Shown piece by piece: positions 23,386 through 35,099 of a DNA stretch of 64,000 bases. The position numbers were made by a program, and so were the translations under genes. Position 1 is the stretch's first letter, and the number at the start of each line of letters is the position of its first letter. Source of the DNA: Eledone cirrhosa. Taxonomy: Eukaryota. The notes below the pieces were generated by a model. The model did no database searches and was not told the origin of the DNA. It saw only the letters and a program-made list of their open reading frames with translations. The stretch lies in NCBI GenBank assembly GCA_964016885.1, contig OZ024746.1:78430001-78494000 (forward strand). Reading direction: 5' to 3'.

Positions 23386-25373
23386 CACACACACATATGA
23401 TGAATCAAAACATATCAAATATGTTTGGAATTTTGTGTTTCTCCAGGTATGAAATAGCGCTATAAGGTTTCACTGATGATTCCACCTGTGTACATATTCT
23501 TCTAAAGAATGTGTATTTGGTATATATACAATATAAAGTTTCTTTTACGATATATGGCCCTATCTCTCTCTATATAAACATATATCTTTTAATTTGGTTA
23601 AAGATGGAAAAAGATGGCAACTTCTTTTCCCGTTTCTATGCTAATTTATAGCATCTCCATGCATGAGCACACTACTCTTTATATTAACTTTATCTCCTCA
23701 GCACTTCGTAAAAGTAAAAGAGATCAACTACATATTCATGGTATATATATATACATGGTATATATCAGCATTAAATATGGTTTAATATATATTATGTCAA
23801 CAGCATAACATGCTAACCATCCAAACAGACACATACACATACACATAACACCTTCTACTTTAGAAAATAAAAACCTGAACTAAATAAATCTTAACATACG
23901 TTTGCGCTGACAATACAACAGAACAAATACGAATAAGGAAAATATGTTCATTCAAAAATATTCCTACTAACGGAATCATTTTCCTACACACACACACACA
24001 CACAAAATATATATTCTCTTCATCTTAACATGCTAACCATACTCCCACACACACATAACACCCATACACACATAACACCCCCCCCCCCCCACACACACAC
24101 ATACACACAACTCCCTCCCCCATTTCTACTAATAGAATCACTTTCCTACACACACACACACACACAAAATATATATATTCTCTCCATCTTAACATACTCC
24201 CACACAGACACACATAACACCCATATACACACACACACACAACTCCCTCTCCTATTTCTGCCAATAGAATCATCTTCCTATACACACACACAAACACACA
24301 AATAAACATACATATGTCTACTTTCTTTATTTCAATAGAAAATCTGAACTCTGACACCCCAGCGAACTAGCCATATTCACTGAACCAGAACAATTCTCCC
24401 ATCCCATTTCTCTTGACCATTCTTTTGCTTGTCATAAAATTCTCTAAAAGGCTACAAAATAAATTCACAAATACGGGTGCGAGATTTAATGAACTTGTTC
24501 ACGGGACAGCCATAATTTCATTTATAACCAATCAAATTACATTTTTTTAAAAAAAGCCTTCATGAACCCCTTTTTTTAAGTAAAAAGAAATTCAAACACT
24601 CATATATGAAAAAAAAACAACCTGGAAACCCCCCCCCCCCCCATTATGTTTGAAGAACTTTGTAACGCGAACTGGCGCAAAATTTATTATACTTATTGAC
24701 CAACCATATGTGTGTATTAATGTATGTGTGTGTGTGTGTTTGGTCTGGTTTTGTTTTTCAAATTTATTGCTAATGGATTCTTTCATTGGAATTTAGGTAA
24801 CAGCAACTATGTATTTATGTATGTATGAATACACACATGCATGCATGTGTGTATTCATACATGCATGCATGTGTGTATACATACATGCATGCATCTGTAT
24901 ATTCATACATGCATACATGTGTGTATACATACATGCAAACATTGATGTCATTGCACGTTTAGATTTGTATATTCTGACTTGTATGTGTATATATATATCA
25001 TCTTCATCATCATCGATTATATATGTATATATATCATCAAGTATATATGTATATATACATATACAGTGAGGTGTAGTTGTATGGTTAGCAATACACAGAA
25101 CTAAGGAAATACGAGGCAAAGGAAAGGAAATGATTCTTTTTTTCCCCCTGTATTCTTTATATTACATAACAATGAAACAAACATTTTGTCTACACAGATC
25201 AAAAATTATTTTATGTTGCTGCTTTAGCCTGAGTTCTTCAGGAAGAGTTACATTTTTTGCATTTCTTCCTTACGAGGTCGATAAAATAAAGCACCGGTAA
25301 CGTACTGGGGTCGATTTAATCAACTTTCCCCTCCCCCCAAAATACTGGCCTCGTGCCTATACTAGAAATCATT

Positions 25374-25563
25374 TTGGCAGTATCGGTAGAGGGTCGGACG
25401 CCATGCTTTCCAGCATAGTTACGTCCCTTTACGATCTGAGTTCAAATCCCGCCGAGGTTGACTTTGCCTTTCATCCTTACGGGGTCGATAAAATAAAGTA
25501 CCAGTAATGCACTGGGTAATTTGCTGGCCTTGTGCCTAAAGTAGAAACAATTATTATTATTAT
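25374..25563 (+). mobile_element. SINE family A (an older related fragment lies at about 25230-25372)
   Basis: Full match with (TTA)n tail, about 325 nt upstream of the SMG5 exon. Confidence 0.82.
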
Positions 25564-25887
25564 TTATCCATTTATTTATTTTGCAGGATTAATTAAGAAA
25601 TATAAATTTATATTGTTTCAGTGTATTTTGTTTGTGAGTGCCTAATGTATTGCTCCTATCATCTTTGGGGGTGCAGGCATTTATAATTTTCCAGCAAAAA
25701 TGACTAATTTTCCGACAAAAATTTTTTTGGGAGGAGGGAGTGCAGCTGGACTCCCAGCAATATGCCACGGGGTCAGAGTTAGGGTTCAAAAGAGTTAATT
25801 TTATTTGGTTGTCATTTGAAAAACAAATTCACATATAAATGTTGTAATATACATATTCTAATGTTTATACATTTCTATTCTTTCCAG

Positions 25888-25947
25888 GTAAATGCTGAGA
25901 GTCGACGCAATCAACTCATGAGAGACATGGCCCAGCTACGACTACAG
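25888..25947 (+). CDS. SMG5: Internal coding exon (60 nt, phase 0-0) of nonsense-mediated decay factor SMG5 (EST1B), helix preceding the PIN domain
   Basis: Pyrimidine tract plus ttccAG acceptor ending at 25887 and GTAAGC donor at 25948. Encodes VNAESRRNQLMRDMAQLRLQ, matching the recalled human SMG5 segment AQEEARRNRLMRDMAQLRLQ. Neighbouring exons were not found in the window. Confidence 0.88.
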
Positions 25948-26227
25948 GTAAGCAATGATTTCTTCTTTTTTTTCTTCTTTTTTTTCTTCTTTTTTTTTCT
26001 TCTTTTTTTTTCTTCTTTTTTTTTTCTTTTTTTTTTTGTCAGCTGTGTTCTCTAATTTTTCTTGTATACTTGTTGAGAAGTTTCATGCCTACTTTTTGGT
26101 CAAAGAAGTTGCGAAATTAGACCTTCCCTCCGCTATAATGCTGAGCATTCACTTGTCCAATCAACTAAATGTCTCACTCATTAAATTAACATACAAATGG
26201 TTGAGTATTCCACGGACACATCTATCC

Positions 26228-26656
26228 TTAACCCTTTAGCATTTACATTACTCTATATTTACTATTGTATTTTCACAGTAAAGGCTTTACCTCACCTCGC
26301 ATAATATTGAATCTACGAGATTTTGATGTTATATATTTTGAGATACTGCCAATTGGCAGTATCGGTAGAGCGTCAGGCACCATGCTTTGCAGCATAGAGT
26401 TATGGCCCTTTACATTACATTCTGAGTTTAAATCCCGCCGAGGTTAACTTTGCCTTTCATCCTTACGGGGTCGATAAAATAAAGAACCAGTAATGCACTG
26501 GGGAAATTGCTGGCCTTGTGCCAAAAGTTGAAACAGTTACATATTTTGAGAACAATACCTTAATGTCGGTATGAGCTGCCAATTACAACTGGTTTGAACA
26601 GAAAGAGGGGAGAGAATTCTGGCCGGATATGGCTGGCTTAAATGCTAAAGGGTTAA
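26228..26656 (+). mobile_element. piggyBac-like MITE copy 2, carrying a nested SINE
   Basis: Same TIRs and TTAA flanks. SINE inserted at about 26344-26540 between atattttgaga duplications (26333-26343 and 26541-26551). Confidence 0.82.
26353..26540 (+). mobile_element. SINE family A nested in a MITE
   Basis: Family match with 11-bp TSD. Confidence 0.82.
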
Positions 26657-26899
26657 TGTAATTCTCCTAAGTAAGTACACGACTGATAGAACGTTGTACA
26701 AGGTTTTACTGGTCCAATGATGACCGAGGTGTGTGGGGGGGGGCATTGATTATTGACTGTATACAGTATAATGTCATATGTAGAGTATGTCATTTCAGAG
26801 ATTGTGGGGCTGGGTTGAAATCAACTTGATTTCAAAATAATTGAATAGGATCTGCTGTTAGATGTATTCTACTGAAGACAAATGTCATATTAATATGTC

Positions 26900-27620
26900 T
26901 GTGTGTGATGCCATGACAGGGTGAGTGTGTGTGTATGATGGTGAGTGTGTGTGATGGTGAGTGTGTGTGTGTATGATGGTGAGTGTCTGTGTGTGATGCC
27001 ATGACAGGGTGAGTGTGTGTGTATGTGTGTGTGATGGTGAGTGTGTGTGTGTGTGTGATGGTGAGTGTGTGTGTGTGTATGATGGTGAGTGTGTGTGTGT
27101 GTGTATGATGGTGAGTGTGTGTGTGATGCCATGACAGGGTGGTGAACTTGTGTGTGTATGAGGGCGAGTGTGTGTGTGTGATGGTGAGTGTGTGTGTGTG
27201 TGTGATGGTGAGTGTGTGTGTGTGTATGATGGTGAGTGTGTGTGTGTGATGCCATGATAGGGTGGTGAACTTGTGTGTGTATGAGGGCGAGTGTGTGATG
27301 GTGAGTGTGTGTGTGTGATGGTGAGTGTGTGTGTGATGCCATGATAGGGTGGTGAACTTGTGTGTGTATGAGGGCGAGTGTGTGATGGTGATGGTGAGTG
27401 TGTGTGTGTGTGATGGTGCGTGTGTGTGTGTGTAATGCCATGATAGGATGAGTGTGAATGTGTGTGATGCCATGATAGGGTGAACTTGTGTGTGTATGAT
27501 GGTGAGTGTGTGTGTGATGGCATGATAGGGTGAACGTGTGTATGTATGATGGTGGTGAGTGTGTGTGTGTGTGTTGGGCATGATAGGGCGACTGTATGTG
27601 TGTATGATGGTGTGTGTGTG
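26900..27620. repeat. TG-rich degenerate minisatellite
   Basis: Recurring gatggtgagtgtgtg, gatgccatga(c/t)agggt and gtgaacttgtg blocks. Confidence 0.88.
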
Positions 27621-27734
27621 TGTGTAATTGTAGCTATAATCATTTATTCACATATACAAATTAGTATCTCTTTATGTATGTGTGTGTGCATATATATATA
27701 TACATGTATGTATATGTATATATGGGTGTGTAGG

Positions 27735-27774
<40 letters not shown>

Positions 27775-27788
27775 CGCGTATGTATTTA

Positions 27789-27829
<41 letters not shown>

Positions 27830-28198
27830 GTTATTCCAGGTTGAATATATATATATATATGCGCACACACATACACAAATATTTGAAGATATTCCCCATG
27901 CTAGCGTGGAAAATGGACGTTAAACAACGATGATGATGATGTATGGGCGACACGGTTAAAAAACACCCAGGCCACCCTGTTAAATGGCCAGTTTGGTGCC
28001 ATAATAGAAAGCACCCTGGCTACACAGTAACATGGTTGTCATTAGCAAGGGCATCCAGCTGTAGATATCAAACCAAAATACAGGACCATGTGACCAAAAT
28101 GTGGTCACCTGACCTGACTTGTCTCATCACTTGACAACCTGTCTAACCTCCTACAAGTGTGGAAAGAAATAGACGTCAAACAACAATGAATATATATA

Positions 28199-28245
<47 letters not shown>

Positions 28246-28340
28246 ATGTATATATAAACATGTATATATAATTTATATATATATATACATATATATAAAC
28301 ATATATATATATATCATCATCATCATCATATATATATATA

Positions 28341-28711
28341 TCACCTTGACCGACAAGTGCGTCGGGCGGCATTCTGCACCGCTGGTCACAGCAGCACGTG
28401 CTGTTTTAGCCATATGATGACGCCATCCCACTGGCTGGGCGGGCAGGCCTTATGTCTAAAGTCTGTCTTAAGACAGAAGGCTCATTTGGCCGGTGCTTAT
28501 CCCGGTTTCATGGCGTGAAGCGACTGAGAGTACAAGACTTGCCCCTGGACAGGACGCCAGTCCATCGCAGGGTTAAACCTCCAGCTATTGCTGGTACTCA
28601 TTTTCAGCTGAGTAAACTGGAGCAACGTGAAATAAAGTGTCTTGCTCAAGGAAACAACACATCACCCGGTCCGAGAATTGAACTCACAACCTTTCGATTG
28701 CAAGCCTACTG

Positions 28712-28712
<1 letters not shown>
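28341..28712 (-). mobile_element. tRNA-derived SINE family B with a V-domain-like core
   Basis: Minus strand reads gagttcaattc (B box), ccttgagcaagacactt, cctgcgatggactggcgtcctgtccagggg. A truncated copy with A box tggcttagtgg lies at about 23160-23285. Confidence 0.72.
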
Positions 28713-28743
<31 letters not shown>

Positions 28744-28803
28744 CATCATCATCATCATCATCATCATTTTACGTCCGCTTTTCCCTGCTTGCAAGGGTGG
28801 GAC

Positions 28804-28836
<33 letters not shown>

Positions 28837-28838
28837 TG

Positions 28839-28904
28839 TATTTTGTCTGAAGAAGGCATACCATATTTTTAATATGATATCCCTGAAATATATATAATGA
28901 AATA
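28839..28904 (+). ncRNA. Minimal type-I hammerhead-ribozyme-like motif (Penelope-type repeat)
   Basis: tattttgt-CTGAAGA-stem II (agg/cct, ata/tat, catatt/aatatg)-GAAA-tatatata-atgaaata. Confidence 0.6.
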
Positions 28905-28944
28905 AATATGGTTTTATAAATATAGTTTCCATTTATTTAATATC

Positions 28945-28980
<36 letters not shown>

Positions 28981-28984
<4 letters not shown>

Positions 28985-29650
28985 TCATCATCATCATCAT
29001 CATCATCTTACGTCCGCTTTTCCCTGCTTGCAAAGGTGGGACGGGTCTTATTCAGCACAGCATCTCTCCACTTGTCACGGTCCTTCGTCATCTCCACCGT
29101 GAGCTTCAGCGATCTGAGGTCTGTTCTCATCACCTCCGCCCATGTTTTTCGTGGTCTACCTCTACCATGTCTTCCTTCAACTGGCATTTCCTGGCACTTT
29201 TTCACCCATCGTTCATCCTCCATGCGCATCACATGTCCATACCACCGCAGTCTCCTCTCCCACACACTACATTCTATCCCTCTCAGACACAGTTTCTCTC
29301 TCAACACATTCATGCTGGGTCGTTCACGCACATTGACCTTGTACATCCAACGGAGCATGCTTGGTTATTTCTCTCCAGCTGTCGCATATCCTCTGCAGTT
29401 GCTGCCCATGTCTCACTACCATGCAACATCGCACTCCTCACACAGGCATCATATAACCGGCCTTCCGTATGTAGGGAGACACCCTTCTTCGTCAGCAGAG
29501 GAAGCAGCTCCCTAAACTTTTTCCAACCGGTCCTTAATCTAGATACTATGGCCTCGGAAACCCCCCTCCCATGCTAATCTGATCTCCTAGGTACCGGAAG
29601 CTATCCACCACTTCTATAGCAACCACCTACATTTGAAAAATGTATTTATA
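28981..29650 (-). mobile_element. 5'-truncated RTE LINE, second subfamily
   Basis: Encodes DSFRYLGDQIS...GWKKFRELLPLL...LHGSETW, then after a frameshift RRLRWYGHVMRM...GRPRKTW...KTRPTFASREKRT*, followed directly by a (GAT)n tail. Confidence 0.9.
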
Positions 29651-29689
29651 ACACTGCGACTTCTACCGTCTAATTTCCCTGTATAATTT

Positions 29690-29787
<98 letters not shown>

Positions 29788-30501
29788 AAAGTGTTCGCTA
29801 GATCTACAAATACACAGACATACCTACACACATATATATAACCCTTACCAACAGGAAGAACAGGCATTAAATAATAATGTGTGAATTTAGATGTAAATAT
29901 ATATATATGTGAATATATATATATATGCACACACACATATATATATATATATAATATATATATATATATACACACATACACACACAAAAACATATATGCA
30001 TAAAGAATGTATGTATGATGTCTCTGTTGTCATATACATAGAAAGCTAAAATTAATAAGCAGTTGATGGCCATCTTTACTTTAACTATATATTTATATGC
30101 TTAATGGATATTGAATTAATGTGTATTTAATATCATAGTCATTGTAGAATGATAACTGATGTGTTGTTTCTTTTTTGGGAAATAATACCTAGTGGTGATT
30201 TTTCTCCACTGTTATCTGACTCAATCTTTTCCTCTGACTATAATGAAAACAGTCTCTTTATGAATTTATAATTCATCTTTAAAGAGATATCTGCTTTTGT
30301 CACAGAAAAAGCGCCCCATTCTCCCAAGTAAAATAATTTCAGCATCCAGTTTCGCAAGCTGACAGACCTACTTTATAGATGAAGGTGACGTCGTAACTTT
30401 CTGCCTATCTACTTCTTTCTGTCCCCTCGAAAACACATGGCATTCCCTTTTTTCTTTCTATCTATGTACATATTTCTCTTGGCACTCCCCACTCTCTATA
30501 T

Positions 30502-30791
30502 CAGTCATGGCCAACCTGTGACCCGTGGGTCTCACGTGGCCCGCGAAGCTTTCTGAACGGTTCGCCTAAGTGAAATCTTACCCAAACTTTTCAGTCGTAG
30601 TTTATCTTTCTATTATTTTTATGGCCGAGGAAAACAAGGTGTACGAATTCTGATGAAACAAATCAAAACAACCTGAGTTACCACCCTTTTTTTTTTTATG
30701 TGGGAATGAATGTAAATTAGCTCTTGCGGCCCGCCTGATGATGAGTCATATCTCATGCAGCCCGCTTCTCGAAAACGGTTGCCCATGCCTG
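30502..30791. mobile_element. hAT-family non-autonomous element (MITE)
   Basis: TIRs cagtcatggccaacc / ggttgcccatgcctg and 8-bp TSD ctctatat at 30494-30501 and 30792-30799. Confidence 0.85.
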
Positions 30792-32018
30792 CTCTATATA
30801 GATGAGGGCAAAGTCATAACTTTCTGTCACCTCAAAGACACACAACATTCCCTTGTCTCTCTCAATGTACATATTTCTCCTGGCACTCCCCACTCTCTTT
30901 ATAGATGAGGGCAGCATCATAACTTTCTATCTATCTACCTCTTCCTGTCACCTCAAAAACACACAGTATTCCTTTTCTCTCTCTATCTATGTACATAAAG
31001 ATATCTATGTACATATTTCTTGCTTGGTGCTCCCCCTCTCTATATAAAGTGAGCATGACAGAGAGATGGACAGAGAGACAACGCTTTTATTATAATATAG
31101 ATTAATTGAAAATCATAGGCAGCGTTCCTCCTTAAAAATATGGTAATAAAAGGGTTACCAGAAACCAATGAAGACAAATGTCATATTAATGTATCTATGT
31201 GTGATGATAATAACTTATATATTATCACTTCTTTTTCTGGAATTTGTTCCTAGTGGTGATGCTTTCCACTCTTATCTGAACCAGTTTTTCCCTCTGACTT
31301 GTCATGAAAACCATCACATATGAAATAACAATTCATTTTTAAAGAGATATCTACTTTTCTCACAGAAAGTGAAGGCAACTAGAAATGATTTAGTAATAAA
31401 TAGTATAGTTGCTAGATCTATACCGCCTAAATATTTCATTTATATCTAGTTAACCCTCACTGTCAAAAAACTTTGAGTGTTGGCAGTAGTATTTCTGTTT
31501 TTAATCACTTTGTCAGGAGCCTCTGGAACTAGTAAGGGGAGAGAGAGGGGTCTCAAAATCATAAACCGGGCCTAAATGTTTCCACAGAATGGGTGCTAAA
31601 TTACTTGAGTGTTTTACCTAAATCTAGTTAACCCTTTGTGGAAAAAAAACAACTCTAGAGTCAAGTACTGCTGGTAGTATTTAGTCACTGGAAGAATTTT
31701 TTTTTTCCTTTTTTAATTACTTAGTCAAAACTAAAGGGCAATGCTTCTGGAACGAGTGGGAGGTAGGGAAGAAGAAAGGTATCCTTACTTCAGAAGCCTG
31801 GCTTGAATGTTGCAACAGTGTGAGCACCACTAAAGACACCCAAGGGCTAGGTGGTAGTGTTAAGCCTACCACCCAAAGTAGGCTGCAATTGGATTTCAAA
31901 TCAGAATGCAAAAAGCCAGAATAAACACCACAAGGCATCCCATCTGATACTCCAACTCCTCTGCCAATTTGCTGTCCAATTGATTTACAAGTTATATCTT
32001 GTGGAAAATGTTAAAGGC

Positions 32019-32228
32019 TTAACCCTTTAGCATTTACATTACTCTATATTTACTAATATATTTTCATGGTAAATGCTTTATCTCACTTTATACCGAATAT
32101 ATGAAGGAGATTTTGACATTATTTACTTTGAGAACAATACCTTAACATCAGCATGAGTGGCCAGTTTGAACAGAAAGAGTTGAGAAAATTCTGGCCGGAT
32201 ACAGCCAGTTAAAATACTAAAGGGTTAA
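32019..32228 (+). mobile_element. piggyBac-like MITE copy 3
   Basis: ttaaccctttagcattta ... aaatactaaagggttaa. Confidence 0.8.
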
Positions 32229-32836
32229 TTAAATGTTGCCACTGGTGATTTAGAGATCAGATTCCTGTTAAGCAGTCGTCGCATTTGTTTAGCTGAGGTC
32301 AACTCTGATCAAGCAGATCTATGATTATTCCCACCATTACCATGGTATAGTAATGGTGGGAATTTCCACCATTACTATACCATCTTTGTTTTTAGGTGTA
32401 ATGTGTCTACAACTACATTTTAAAGATGGCACGGTGTAATTTTATTTTATTTTACTTTTAACTGTTTAGTCAGTAAAGGATGGTGTGTGTGCCCCTAGCC
32501 TTTTCAGGGCCTCCGTAACTAGTGGGAGGAAGAGAGGAATGTATCCTCATTCTGGAGACATGGCCCTAATGTTTGCAACAGTATAGGTACTGCTGAAGGT
32601 GCCCAATAACTATGTGGGGGTGTTAAATTGGGAGACAAATGATATCTAGCCCCCCACCCCCACGAGTAGACCTCTACAGGATTTGAACACAGAATGCAAA
32701 GAACCAGAACAAATACATGATACCATCTCATCCCCCATGTACACACCCTGTTGCACATACATTCCTTCTCTTCTTCTCAAAACCACCGCTACCATCTCCC
32801 TACCTGTCTTCTGCATTCATCCTTATATCCTCTCAC

Positions 32837-32887
<51 letters not shown>

Positions 32888-32898
32888 CCTCTCTCCTA

Positions 32899-32932
<34 letters not shown>

Positions 32933-32979
32933 CTCCCTCTCTCTATCTATATATACATATATATCCCTCACTCTCTCTC

Positions 32980-33052
<73 letters not shown>

Positions 33053-33369
33053 CTCTCTCTCCTACTCTCTCTCTCTCTTAAACACATACTCAGTTTTGTT
33101 CATTTAACACTCTCCTGTACATTGTCTCTGACATACATGTTCTCTCCCTCTCACCTTCCCCTTTGCCACCCCCCTCACTACATATTCACCACCACCACCA
33201 CCACCACCTACAAACAGGCTCATCCTTCTCCATAAATACACTCATCCCCCACCCCCACCTCTACATCAACCCCCCCTCTACCTCCACGGCAAACACCCTC
33301 ATCCATACTTCCTGCACCCCTAACTATGATTTATGTTTGCATATAAAATTAATCTCTGAAGCTACACAC

Positions 33370-34460
33370 GCACACACACATACACATACACTCACATACA
33401 CAAGTTCACGCACACACACATACACAATATCACACACACACACATACACAAGTTCACACACACACATACACAAGTTCACACACACACATACACAAGTTCA
33501 CACACACACATACACAAGTTCACACACTCACATACACAAGTTCACACACACTCACATACACAAGTTCACACACTCACATACACAAGTTCACACACACACA
33601 TACACAAGTTCACACATTCACATACACAAGATCACACACACTCACATACACAAGTTCACACACACTCAGATACACAAGTTCACACACTCACATACACAAG
33701 TTCACACACTCACATACACAAGTTCACACACACTCACATACACAAGTTCACACACACACATACACAAGTTCACACACACACATACACAAGTTCACACACA
33801 CTCACATACACAAGTTCACACACTCACATACACAAGTTCACACATTCACATACACAAGTTCACACACATACATATACAAGTTCACACACACACATACACA
33901 AGTTCACACACACTCACATACACAAGTTCACACACTCACATACACAAGATCACACACTCACATACACAAGATCACACACACTCACATACACAAGTTCACA
34001 CACTCACATACACAAGTTCACACACACACATACACAAGTTCACACACACTCACATACACAAGTTCACACACATACACAAGTTCACACACTCACATACACA
34101 AGTTCACACACACTCACATACACAAGTTCACACACTCACATACACAAGTTCACACACACTCACATACACAAGATCACACACTCACATACACAAGTTCACA
34201 CACACTCACATACACAAGATCACACACTCACATACACAAGTTCACACACTCACATACACAAGTTCACACACTCACATACGCAAGTTCACACACACTCACA
34301 TACACAAGTTCACACACACACATACACAAGTTCACACACTCACATACACAAGTTCACACACTCACATACACAAGTTCACACACTCACATACACAAGTTCA
34401 CACACACACATACACAAGTTCACACATACACAAGTTCACACACTCACATACACGAGTTCA
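33370..34460. repeat. CA-rich 22-24-bp minisatellite
   Basis: Unit cacatacacaagttcacaca(ca)ct. Confidence 0.93.
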
Positions 34461-35099
34461 CATCCACACACCCAAGCCCCCCCCCCCCCCCCCCCCCCCC
34501 CACGCAACCCCCCCCCATCCCACACCCGAATCCCTGCCCACACAAGTTCCCACACTCACACACACACACACACGTTCATAAGCACACGCATTACACACCT
34601 TCTTCACCCCCCCCCCCCCCCTCACACACACACACTCTCTGTCTCTCTATTACTTCTCACTATTTCTCTTTCCATTGCTCCGCAAATACTGTGTTGAAAA
34701 GTCTGCTGAGAGAGAGAGAGAGAGAAGTAGAGAGAGAGAGGAGGGGGGAGAAACGTGTGTGTGGATGTGTCTATATTTTTTTTTGGGGGGGGGGGGGGGG
34801 TTAGAGGAATAGGATGGTTCATTCTGTTGTTGTTGTTGTTGTTGTTGTCTTAATGTGTTATAAGAAGTGGGTAGGAGTTATTTCTGTTATTGGTTTGTTG
34901 TCAATGTTGTTGTTGTTGTTAATGGCAGTTTTGTTGTTGCTGTTTGTGTTAGGTGATGATATGTTGTTGTTATTGACATTGGCGGTGTGGTGGGGTTGCT
35001 AGTGTTGATGTTGTTATTGGTGGTGTGGTGTTGTGTTGTTATTGACATTGGTTGTGTGGTGGGGTTGCTAGTGTTGATGTTGTTATTGGTGGTGTGGTG

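Noticed and set aside
33163-34581. 472-aa HT-rich ORF and the many YI/CV/LS/VV ORFs in the track
   Set aside because: Translations of micro- and minisatellites.
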